64,000 nucleotides of DNA from an uncultured Gammaproteobacteria bacterium (GCA_964450885.1 CAYVFE010000001.1:310572-374571), one strand, 5' to 3'. Shown: positions 9,101 to 16,756, counted from the first letter of the stretch. A program made the numbers and translations. The notes: generated by a model from the letters alone, not told the origin.

Positions 9101-9471
9101 ATTGGAATACAGATAAGTTTTGGTTATCTTATCAAGCTATTAAGGACTTTAAAGATTTCCGTCAAGGAATCGTCAACGAACAGAGTTTGGAACAAAAAGC
9201 ACAAAATAAGCTCGAAACACTTTTAAGGAGCCCCTTAGAAGAATTAATGCCATATAAAGATTTCTTAAGAATCCTGATGGAAGATATATTACATTTTGGT
9301 ACTTTGGCAGATTTTACACTTCGTAGAATTATGAATTTCACTGAGGACAGCACCAAAGATATTCAGGACTTGCGAAGCACTCTTGGAACGGATTATCTGA
9401 CAAAAGAAAAAGATAGGATCAAAGAGCAAAAGAAAGAAATCATTATTGCAATAGAGAATAAGAAAATATGA
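6115..9471 (+). CDS. Fusion protein: N-terminal phospholipase-D-family (HKD) nuclease domain plus SNF2-family helicase/ATPase
   Basis: PLD motif 'HSKLYLFK...ITGSSNLT'. SNF2 motifs I 'VVGLGKTVIA', II 'VIVDEAHWFRN', III 'LLTATPFNN', V 'LLTSDKISEGFNL' and VI 'QRLGRINRISKK'. The GTG at 6115 is probably not the start; the real start is likely ATG 6130. Confidence 0.85.
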   Translation: MLKSGMSNFITNNGNSDLKHRLVELIKKSDELKFLVGFFYFSGIRELYEGLKSNPDTVIKVLVGLNIDKAVFGLVETESEEESSDEEKIYKFIESIKKSLNTEEFDTEEFYEQVRFFIELIQKDKLIIRKTYNPNHSKLYLFKLEENQAVKELFITGSSNLTRAGLTTQNEFNVEISSYGFEDAEKYFNDLWDEAVKITEFQEIKTKLVQIIEKETLIKDVTPFEAFCLVLKTYLDTFEEKEIGETLIKTLEENGYTPYQYQLDAVKQALATIEKNNGVIVADVVGLGKTVIACAISKQINKRGIVICPPGLMGDRDGGSGWGKYLEEFGLDNWKVWSRGDLKMALNFVNNAKDIEVVIVDEAHWFRNQDTENYELLKNICREKKVILLTATPFNNRPGDILALLKLFITPKKSTITLESNLVDQFKAFKGMFDRLGYIRKYKNSLNESKRLKAHAYYRSIFEEDIVDLEKVKQKAGYLAKQIRNVIEPVTIRRNRLDLQNHPVYNSEADNLSKVDDPKEWFFKLTKEQSEFYSEILEEYFGDPNEGGRFKGAIYRPFEYEKGLKSLSTNEAEEKLNQDDNRAFQQQRNLFDFMRRLLVKRFESSFGSFEQSIKNFKQITLRCQEFVNTTGEYILDRSLLEKIYELEAEEIEKYLLEYEEKITNGEYPKTHKRYRIKDFKNKEEFILDIKSDIDLFTEILDKLAKLELVKYDPKTECLLENLHEEFSKKPNGDEPKRKIIIFSEYVDTVRYLEETLKQHYGNRMLVVAGDLPNSKIAKLNKNFDASHSDQDDEFDLLLTSDKISEGFNLNRAGMVVNYDIPWNPVRVIQRLGRINRISKKVFENLNIVNFFPTEKGAELVKSREIAANKMFLIHSALGEDSKIFDSDEEPTPARLFSKVQQNPDELEEESFYTKAYKEYMKITKDNPELFENLKNYPPRIKVAKNGKENELLVFFTKGRLYVSGTQTDQENINPYYLVFEDVFEKIICTPNEESLDWNTDKFWLSYQAIKDFKDFRQGIVNEQSLEQKAQNKLETLLRSPLEELMPYKDFLRILMEDILHFGTLADFTLRRIMNFTEDSTKDIQDLRSTLGTDYLTKEKDRIKEQKKEIIIAIENKKI
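6116..6124 (+). promoter_or_regulatory. Extended -10 element TGtTAAAAT, 5 nt upstream of ATG 6130
   Basis: Sequence match. Implies a leaderless mRNA for the defence operon. Confidence 0.35.
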
Positions 9472-12400
9472 GTGATGCAAGAAGTCTACTAGAATCAATC
9501 ATCGAGGAATATTCAGTAGAAAAGTTCACGAGATTTTTTCGTGAAAAGAGTCAAAAGTTTACACCCCGACAAGAAAGCTATTCCCGTTATGATGATGATA
9601 ACTTCACTAAAGGATTTAAAATAGGTGAAGTAAATTTTTCCGAGATTGACAACCTTACAATCTGCGCTTTTGAAGTTACCAAAGCATTATCCGAAAAATC
9701 TGGCAAAAAATCCCAATATGAACTTGGAAAAAAAATTCTAAAAGAAGCTCAAGCTGGTGCTGGTATTTTTATTTTTTACGATCAGAACGGTAACTTTCGT
9801 TTTTCCCTTATTTATCCAGAATCGATTGGCACAAGAAGACAATGGAACAACTTCCGGAGGTTTACATATTTTATCAGTCATGAATTTACAAATAAGACTT
9901 TTCTTAAGCAAATTGGCGATAAAGAATTTACAAAACTCGATGATATTAAAGCAGCCTTTTCTGTTACTGCAGTTACAGACATTTTTTATAAAGAATTTTT
10001 CGATCTATATAAAAAAATTGTTGAAGCAACCAAGAATTTGAACAAAATTGAAGATGATGATCAAGCACGAGACTTTGTTTTACTCTTTGCCATTAGAACT
10101 ATTTTTCTTGGGTTCATCCAAAAAAAGAAATGGTTAGGAGACGACGAAAAGTTTATACAAACTTTTTATCAGGAATACAAAGATAAATTTGCTAATAAAA
10201 ATGAGTTTTACAGTCGGTGGTTGTCACCATTGTTTTTTGAAGCTCTCAATTCTCCACAGGGGAGAAAAGTAGCATACGGAGATAACGATTTTTCAGAAGA
10301 AACTGCAAAAAAACTTCAAATGGCGCCATATTTAAATGGTGGACTCTTCAGAGAAAAATCTGGATACGATACGAATGGCTGGAAAATTCCAGATCAAGTT
10401 ATTGAAAACTTTTATGATTTTTTGTTCTCCCATAGCTTTACAATAGAAGAAAACTCTCTTGAGGATGAGGATCTTCAACTCAATCCGGAATTTTTGGGAA
10501 TTATTTTTGAGCGTTTGGTTAATAAAGCCGACGGAGCAGTTTACACACCCCGACCAGAAGTTGACCTAATGTGTCGTTTAAGTCTAGTTAAATGGCTTCG
10601 AAAGAATCTAGAATCATCGATAAGGGTTGAAAATCTATATGAACTTTTCTTCAAAGAAAGCGAGAATGAAGATGAGCAAAAAGATGGTAGCTTTTCTCCA
10701 AAAGAAGCGCAGGAGATTTTGAATATACTCGAGAATGTAGCCATATGTGATCCAGCAGTAGGTTCGGGTGCATTCTTAGTGGGCATGATGCAAGTTTTGG
10801 ATGATGTGGAGATAGCTTTAAGAAAGAAAGCGAATATAGAAGTTCACAATGATTTTGAACGAAAAAAGCAAATTATAAAAAAATCATTGTACGGAGTAGA
10901 AGTTAAGGAGTGGGCTGTGTGGATCTGCCAATTGCGACTTTGGCTATCTCTCTTTGTTGATGCACCAGAGGACCTAAAAGACTCAATGGACCCAATTTTA
11001 CCGAATCTTGACTTTAAGGTGAGACAAGGGGATTCCTTGGTCCAGTTAATAGGTTCAAGAAATGTTCCAGTATCAACAGATAATTCTTTAGTAAGTGGGA
11101 GTTTATTAAAAGAAATACGTGAACTTATACAGCTTAAGATTGCTCATTATGAAACAGGACAACCTTCTAAAGAAGATATCGAGCACCGTGAGTATCTTTT
11201 CTATCGAAACTGGATGCAGCAGGAAATTACTAAAGAACAGAACAAATTAGTTCAAATTAATCAAAACGAAAAGAACAATCAGAATCAACAATCACTGTTT
11301 AATGATAAGGTTGATTCAAAACCGATTAACTTGAATTTATTTCAAAAAGAAAGAGATGAAATAGTAGTAAAGCTTGAGCTACTCAGATCTCAACTTAGGG
11401 ATTTACATCGGACAAATAAGCCTTTCCTTTGGCAACTGGAATTTTCTGAAATATTTAGCACCAAAGGGGGGTTTGATATCGTCATCGGGAATCCACCTTA
11501 TGTTAGGCAAGAAGACATTGCAGACCCAACAGGCAAGGTAAAAGACAAAAAGGAATACAAGGGATATCTACAAGAAATGGTCAAGATGGATTTTCCCGAT
11601 TATTTTCCTCCTAAGGCAAAGATAAACGCCCAGTCTGATCTTTACACCTATTTTTACATACGAGCACTTCGTCTTCTTAATGCTCAAGGGGTTCATACTT
11701 TTATCTGTTCTAACTCTTGGTTAGATGTTGGCTACGGTGTGTGGTTACAAGAATTTCTTTTAAATCGCTGTCCAGTAGAAATTATTATAGATAACCACGC
11801 AAAAAGAAGTTTTGAGGCAGCTGATGTAAACACAATCATTTCAATCATTCATGCCCCTCAAAAAAGTGTCGAAGCTGATCATCTAGTTAAATTTGTAGCT
11901 TTTAAGAAATCTTTCGAATCCGCGATATTTACCGAAAACCTTATTTCCATTGAGCAAGAAAAAGAAGTAGAAACTAATGACATTTATCGTGTATATCCAA
12001 TATCAATTACGAATCTCAAAGAAGCAGGCACCGAGTTTGATGGTGATTCTCAAGCAAGGCTGAAAGTGGGTAAATATGTAGGTGATAAATGGGGTGGCAA
12101 ATATTTAGTAGCTCCAGATTTTATATTTAATATTTTAGTCAATCCTTTAGATAGGATCATTAAATTTAAGTCAGTCTTTAACCATTCTCAAAGAAATAAT
12201 CTTTCCGTATTTCAAGATAAAGCTAAAGTGGAAAAAAAAGACGGCACAATTCCTTACCTTTCTTCTATTAAAGACGTCAACACTATAAAAATCGACAAAA
12301 ATAATTTGAAGTATTGGATAAAAGGAAAAAGTAGTGAAATCAGTGATATGTTTGTTCCAGATGTTATATCTAACAGGTTTGTGTCGGATAGGATTTTCTT

Positions 12401-12869
12401 TTTAGAAGGAGGTAATTTTGCAATTTCAGATACCTTTTTTCTGCTAAAAATTACGAGTTTATATAGTAAAGAACAAGTATTATCGTTGTTAAATAGCACA
12501 TTCTCGTTATTGATAACCGAGATATTAGGACGAAAAAATTTGGGAGGTGGGTTATTAACAATTTACGGATATGAACTGGAAAGATTTTATATTGTTAATC
12601 CAACGCTGATTAAAAATAATAGACGTATACTGATTTACTATAAATCATTATCAGAAAGAGTAATCGGATCTGTTTTTGTAGAGTGTGGGATTGATCCAAG
12701 ATCAGAGACACCAATAGATGAACAGGATCCCAAGCCATTATCTGATAGAGCTGAACTGGACAATATTGTTTTTGACGCATTGAAACTTTCTGAAGATGAA
12801 CGTAAGGATGTCTACCGTGCAGTTTGCAGACTAGTTTGGAACAGGATCAGTAAAGCAAATAGCGTATAG
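9468..12869 (+). CDS. Large Eco57I-family (gamma-class) N6-adenine DNA methyltransferase with long N- and C-terminal extensions (PglX/DrmMI/Type IIG-like)
   Basis: Motif I 'ICDPAVGSGAFLVG' precedes motif IV 'VIGNPPYVRQ'. The start overlaps the upstream stop (ATGA), indicating translational coupling. Confidence 0.85.
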   Translation: MSDARSLLESIIEEYSVEKFTRFFREKSQKFTPRQESYSRYDDDNFTKGFKIGEVNFSEIDNLTICAFEVTKALSEKSGKKSQYELGKKILKEAQAGAGIFIFYDQNGNFRFSLIYPESIGTRRQWNNFRRFTYFISHEFTNKTFLKQIGDKEFTKLDDIKAAFSVTAVTDIFYKEFFDLYKKIVEATKNLNKIEDDDQARDFVLLFAIRTIFLGFIQKKKWLGDDEKFIQTFYQEYKDKFANKNEFYSRWLSPLFFEALNSPQGRKVAYGDNDFSEETAKKLQMAPYLNGGLFREKSGYDTNGWKIPDQVIENFYDFLFSHSFTIEENSLEDEDLQLNPEFLGIIFERLVNKADGAVYTPRPEVDLMCRLSLVKWLRKNLESSIRVENLYELFFKESENEDEQKDGSFSPKEAQEILNILENVAICDPAVGSGAFLVGMMQVLDDVEIALRKKANIEVHNDFERKKQIIKKSLYGVEVKEWAVWICQLRLWLSLFVDAPEDLKDSMDPILPNLDFKVRQGDSLVQLIGSRNVPVSTDNSLVSGSLLKEIRELIQLKIAHYETGQPSKEDIEHREYLFYRNWMQQEITKEQNKLVQINQNEKNNQNQQSLFNDKVDSKPINLNLFQKERDEIVVKLELLRSQLRDLHRTNKPFLWQLEFSEIFSTKGGFDIVIGNPPYVRQEDIADPTGKVKDKKEYKGYLQEMVKMDFPDYFPPKAKINAQSDLYTYFYIRALRLLNAQGVHTFICSNSWLDVGYGVWLQEFLLNRCPVEIIIDNHAKRSFEAADVNTIISIIHAPQKSVEADHLVKFVAFKKSFESAIFTENLISIEQEKEVETNDIYRVYPISITNLKEAGTEFDGDSQARLKVGKYVGDKWGGKYLVAPDFIFNILVNPLDRIIKFKSVFNHSQRNNLSVFQDKAKVEKKDGTIPYLSSIKDVNTIKIDKNNLKYWIKGKSSEISDMFVPDVISNRFVSDRIFFLEGGNFAISDTFFLLKITSLYSKEQVLSLLNSTFSLLITEILGRKNLGGGLLTIYGYELERFYIVNPTLIKNNRRILIYYKSLSERVIGSVFVECGIDPRSETPIDEQDPKPLSDRAELDNIVFDALKLSEDERKDVYRAVCRLVWNRISKANSV

Positions 12870-12874
12870 TTGTC

Positions 12875-12883
12875 TAGCCTCAA
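12875..12883 (+). repeat. 9-mer TAGCCTCAA (copy A)
   Basis: Exact repeat of 12895-12903 and 13881-13889. Context ttgtcTAGCCTCAA. Confidence 0.5.
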
Positions 12884-12894
12884 TTGCTTTTGCT

Positions 12895-12903
12895 TAGCCT
12901 CAA
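12895..12903 (+). repeat. 9-mer TAGCCTCAA (copy B), 3 nt upstream of TATAAT 12907-12912
   Basis: Exact repeat. Context ttgctTAGCCTCAA. Confidence 0.5.
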
Positions 12904-12920
12904 GAGTATAATCCTACATC

Positions 12921-13841
12921 ATGAATAGTAATTCATTCAATATTGTTTATAAAAACAGTACTTCAAAAAACAAAGGTTACAGTCTTGAAATCTTAGGAAG
13001 CTCATTAGTTGGAGTTAATAAAATTATAAAGGAATTTGTTGACATTGCAAATTTTAATAACGAATTAGATATTAAAGTTAATAATGTTAAGAACGGGTCT
13101 ATAATTATTGAATTACTGTTCTATATAGATTTTCATCTGCTTTTTACAAACATTCAGGATCTATATAATTTTCTTTTAGTAGCAGATCCAAAACAGTATA
13201 AGGAGGTTGCTGAGTTTTTCTCTAATATAGATGGTGCACATAAATCAATTAACAATTATTACTCTCAATTTCCACTAACTGGTGAGATTAGTATGATGCT
13301 GATAGGGATATATATTGGCCGTATGATGCATATGAGTGGTAAGCAGAAAGAACAACTAACATTGAAAGATGAAAACGGTAATAAATTTCCCATAAAATAC
13401 GCTCAGAGGCTTCAAAATTTTGTGAAAAGAGGAGGATTTAAAAAGGCGCTTAGTCCAATTGTTGAAGGCGATGCAGAAGAAATAATTATGGAGCAGGCTG
13501 AAGTGCGGTTTAAGATTAGCGAAGAGAATATTGAGAACTTTTTACCTGAAGATGATCAAATCTTACCAGAGTATGAGGATGGGATGAATATTACTTTTAC
13601 GGGAAAAATTGTCGCCTTGCAAAGTACGAAAGGTGAGAGTGTTAAATTTAAAGCTAATGAAATTAATTCAGAGCTCTCTCTTTTAACTGCATATCCCGAA
13701 GAGGGTAAGGGCAGCGAGGAGTATGTCAATTTTTACAAAAAGGATATCGTATTAAGATCACAGATATATAGGAAATCTATGTATGTAAGACCAGCAATAC
13801 TAATAAAATCTGTTGAATTAATGCAAGAACAACTTATTTAA
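12921..13841 (+). CDS. Hypothetical Asn/Ile-rich protein (306 aa), third gene of the cassette
   Basis: ORF 52 nt downstream of the methyltransferase. No recognisable motif. Confidence 0.5.
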   Translation: MNSNSFNIVYKNSTSKNKGYSLEILGSSLVGVNKIIKEFVDIANFNNELDIKVNNVKNGSIIIELLFYIDFHLLFTNIQDLYNFLLVADPKQYKEVAEFFSNIDGAHKSINNYYSQFPLTGEISMMLIGIYIGRMMHMSGKQKEQLTLKDENGNKFPIKYAQRLQNFVKRGGFKKALSPIVEGDAEEIIMEQAEVRFKISEENIENFLPEDDQILPEYEDGMNITFTGKIVALQSTKGESVKFKANEINSELSLLTAYPEEGKGSEEYVNFYKKDIVLRSQIYRKSMYVRPAILIKSVELMQEQLI

Positions 13842-13872
13842 AATAAAAAAATAACTACACATTCAATTAAAT

Positions 13873-13880
13873 GCTATAAT
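13873..13880 (+). promoter_or_regulatory. Extended -10 element TGcTATAAT
   Basis: Identical element to 39223-39230. ATG follows 9 nt later. Confidence 0.35.
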
Positions 13881-13889
13881 TAGCCTCAA
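13881..13889 (+). repeat. 9-mer TAGCCTCAA (copy C), right flank of the cassette, directly abutting ATG 13890
   Basis: Exact repeat. Confidence 0.5.
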
Positions 13890-14057
13890 ATGCCGCATCA
13901 ATTTATGTCAATTATTTGCTTGAAGTGTAATAAGGACTATTGTCCTGTTTGTAAGCCTGCCTGTCCAAAGTGTCATACATTTGATGATGCAGATGAAAAG
14001 ACTCTAAAAATCCGTTCTCAGATGAGGCGTCATGGGATGCTAGAAAAAATGAATTAA
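13890..14057 (+). CDS. Cys-rich micro-protein (55 aa), not in the ORF track
   Basis: Cys pattern CxxC-x4-C-x2-C-x3-C-x2-C in 'MPHQFMSIICLKCNKDYCPVCKPACPKCHTF...'. Own extended -10 element. Confidence 0.3.
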   Translation: MPHQFMSIICLKCNKDYCPVCKPACPKCHTFDDADEKTLKIRSQMRRHGMLEKMN

Positions 14058-14081
14058 GTCTCTTAAGAAAATGGGTAGGGG

Positions 14082-14675
14082 TTAGGCTTTTTTGGTGGGT
14101 TTTTTCTTCGACTTTGTTTTTTTACCTGTGGGTTTTTTCGGTTTTTCTACAACTTCCTCAGTTGTTTCCTCGCCCTCCATAGCTTTGGCGTCGGAGGGTT
14201 CTCCAGCTATTTCCTCTGACTCTTCTTTCTCCAATTCATCTTGAGCAAAATTTAGTATCTCTAAAATTTTATCCAGTTTTGCATTTATCTCACTTAGCTC
14301 TTTTCCAGAACCGTTCGTGATGCGTCTAGAGTCTCCGCCTTTTCCTTCAAAGCACCTACTACATAAAGTGTCTTTTCTCTCGTTAGGACGGAATGGGACT
14401 CTGCAGTTGGCACCACAATTTGCGCATACTGCCTCAAACATTTCTCGTTCTGATCTGTCGTTACTTCTGGAGAATCTGTCGTGTCCGCGTCCTGCATCTC
14501 GTCCTCGCGATTCTTCTGGAGAGTGCTTTTTAAAACAATTCCTGCAGTAAACAGGCCTTCCGTTAGATGGCTTAAATGGAAGTTCACAGAACTTACCACA
14601 GTCAGCACACGTTGCTTTAAAAGTTTCGCGATCTGATCCTCTATCAAAGCTTCTATCTCTATTAAAATTTCCCAT
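14082..14675 (-). CDS. Tandem zinc-ribbon protein with a lysine-rich C-terminal tail
   Basis: Two repeats of C-x2-C-x4-C-x2-PF(K/R)P-x(4-7)-C-x2-CF. Tail 'KKPTGKKTKSKKKPTKKA'. Confidence 0.55.
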   Translation of the reverse strand: MGNFNRDRSFDRGSDRETFKATCADCGKFCELPFKPSNGRPVYCRNCFKKHSPEESRGRDAGRGHDRFSRSNDRSEREMFEAVCANCGANCRVPFRPNERKDTLCSRCFEGKGGDSRRITNGSGKELSEINAKLDKILEILNFAQDELEKEESEEIAGEPSDAKAMEGEETTEEVVEKPKKPTGKKTKSKKKPTKKA

Positions 14676-14791
14676 TAGGTATATTATACATTACTCTAGG
14701 ATAAATAGTGTGAGTAAAATATAAATTCTTAAATCCTACTACTTCTTAAATTTGAATCCGCTTATCCAGTCTACTGTATAATGGATTACTG

Positions 14792-15688
14792 ATGAAACAT
14801 TATATTCATATTCGAAAGTTCTTAATCCAGCATAGGATGAATATTGCTCTCTATATCATGGCGTTCGTGATTTCATTTCTCGTTATATTTCTTGCCTCGA
14901 TTTATAGTAACTCTCAGATACAAAATGATAGTGTCGTTCAAAATCAATCTCCCGCAACCCCTTCTATACCTGAAATTATTCCTTTTACATCTTACGAAAA
15001 ACCCGATTTAGCGCCTGCCGAGGTGTATAATATTTATCTCATTGGTGACTCCATGACTCACGCATTTGGTCCGCGTGGTGGAGTCTTTAATGAAATAATA
15101 TCTAGAGAGTATCCAAACTCTTTTTTCGAAATTTCAAATTATGCTATGGCTAACCAAAACATACTGCTTCTTCCAGAGCGCTTAAAGCAAAGCGTTCAGG
15201 CGGATCATGATTTGCTACTAGTTCCGATACTAGAGGGTGATCCTGATCTTATAATTATCGAATCTTTCGGATATAATCCGCTTTCACAGTTCGGAATAGA
15301 GGAGGGGCTAAAGAGGCAGGAAGAATTGCTGACAGAAGTAATGACAACTCTAACCAACCGTTTTCCAAATGCTTCCGTAATGTTTTTTGCTGCGATCGCG
15401 CCAGATAAAACTACCTACGGACAAGCTGTAACTGAATCTAGTGCTGAAGCGCGATGGGCGCAGGCCGAAGAACGGATAGAGTACATAACAAATCACATAG
15501 ATTATGCTAACGAACATAATATTCCTGTTATCAATGCGTATGCTGAGTCGCTTGATTTAGATGGAGATGGTGACACGCTATACATAAATCCGGATGATAA
15601 TATTCATCCATCTGCAGAAGGATTGGCTCTGATGGGAAGAATTATGACCAGAAGAATTCAGGAAGAGAATATTTTCCCTACTCAGTAA
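14792..15688 (+). CDS. SGNH/GDSL-family hydrolase with an N-terminal transmembrane segment
   Basis: Motif 'IYLIGDSMTHAFG'. C-terminal 'DNIHPS'. Confidence 0.55.
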   Translation: MKHYIHIRKFLIQHRMNIALYIMAFVISFLVIFLASIYSNSQIQNDSVVQNQSPATPSIPEIIPFTSYEKPDLAPAEVYNIYLIGDSMTHAFGPRGGVFNEIISREYPNSFFEISNYAMANQNILLLPERLKQSVQADHDLLLVPILEGDPDLIIIESFGYNPLSQFGIEEGLKRQEELLTEVMTTLTNRFPNASVMFFAAIAPDKTTYGQAVTESSAEARWAQAEERIEYITNHIDYANEHNIPVINAYAESLDLDGDGDTLYINPDDNIHPSAEGLALMGRIMTRRIQEENIFPTQ

Positions 15689-16640
15689 TTTTGGTCCGTT
15701 CCGGCAACTTATCCTTTAATTCACCTAACTCATTCGTGGTTTCGATTTGCTGGCCGAGCTTATCAAAGCTGCTAGTAACGGTTGTCATCATGTTATAGGA
15801 ATTCGTTATGTGACGCGATAAAGTCTCCATATTATCATTTGCCTTCTCGTATTCCTTCTGGACACTGCGGAGATTTGAAAGAATCTTATGTGCTTGCTGT
15901 GAAATCTTTTGCCCTTCAAATCCTATTAGAATAGATCTCAAAAATGCGTAAAACGTCATAGGGGAGACCGCGAGAACTCGTTTTTTTGTTGCGTGGTCAT
16001 AAAGAACCGATTCATTTACTATTTCATAGTAGACGGATTCTGATGGCACGTACATGAGAGCAAAGTCTATAGTTCCTTCATTTGTGAGGATATATTTACT
16101 AGAAATGCTATCTATATGCTTTTTAATGTCGCTTAGAAATTCTTTTGCGTACTGTTTTTTCTCCCGTGCGTCAGTAGTAGCATGTGACTTTTTAAAATTC
16201 TCCATCGGGAATTTACTATCTATCGGGATGATTCCAGCTTCGGTTATGATTGCGGCATCTACTATCGCGCCACTTTTAAATCTATGCTGCAACTTGTATG
16301 TCTTTTTCGGGAGGAACTGTCCCAGTAGTTCTTTAAGCACCTGCTCTCCTATATTTCCACGAAGCTTTGGGGAATTCAGAAATTCCTGAAGATCTTTCAT
16401 ATTTCGTCCGATCTCACTCATTTCGCCAAGTGACTTCTGGACCGACGCGAAAGCTGCCGCAGCGCTATTAAGACGCGTGTTCATTTCCTGATTGTTGCTA
16501 TCAAGCCTTTTATCCATCGATTTTAGCCACTCGACTAATGTGTCGTCCTGCTTATCTGATGGTTTGCGGGTGATAAGAAAGATAACGATTCCAAATCCTA
16601 TGATAAGAATTGAGGAGATTACGAGCAGGTCTATATTCAT
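15678..16640 (-). CDS. rmuC: DNA recombination protein RmuC family
   Basis: N-terminal transmembrane segment and coiled coil. Motifs 'IPIDSKFPMENF' and 'LMYVPSESVYYE'. Confidence 0.65.
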   Translation of the reverse strand: MNIDLLVISSILIIGFGIVIFLITRKPSDKQDDTLVEWLKSMDKRLDSNNQEMNTRLNSAAAAFASVQKSLGEMSEIGRNMKDLQEFLNSPKLRGNIGEQVLKELLGQFLPKKTYKLQHRFKSGAIVDAAIITEAGIIPIDSKFPMENFKKSHATTDAREKKQYAKEFLSDIKKHIDSISSKYILTNEGTIDFALMYVPSESVYYEIVNESVLYDHATKKRVLAVSPMTFYAFLRSILIGFEGQKISQQAHKILSNLRSVQKEYEKANDNMETLSRHITNSYNMMTTVTSSFDKLGQQIETTNELGELKDKLPERTKITE

Positions 16641-16669
16641 GGAGTATTAGTTTATCACAAATATTTCTT

Positions 16670-16692
16670 CTACTTTTTGCCGTAAAAAGTAG
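16670..16692. other. AT-rich perfect hairpin (9-bp stem CTACTTTTT/AAAAAGTAG, 5-nt loop)
   Basis: Seen directly. Part of a hairpin cluster in a 436-bp intergenic gap. Confidence 0.4.
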
Positions 16693-16756
16693 CACCTGCC
16701 CGCAATACTTTCAGCATAGCTGACGCAGGCGGGAAAACTCTCGCCTATTTTTCTTA

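Noticed and set aside
9469-9471. Possible UGA recoding (genetic code 25, used by some CPR lineages)
   Set aside because: Genes end at TGA (for example 9469-9471 and 12867-region stops), giving proteins with canonical full-length termini and sensible overlaps. This supports the standard code 11.
6115-13841. Calling the cassette a bona fide class 1 DISARM or BREX system
   Set aside because: No DrmA (DUF1998 helicase), DrmB, PglZ, BrxC or BrxL homologs are visible anywhere in the window. Only the SNF2/PLD/methyltransferase modules are present, so it is described as DISARM-like or novel.
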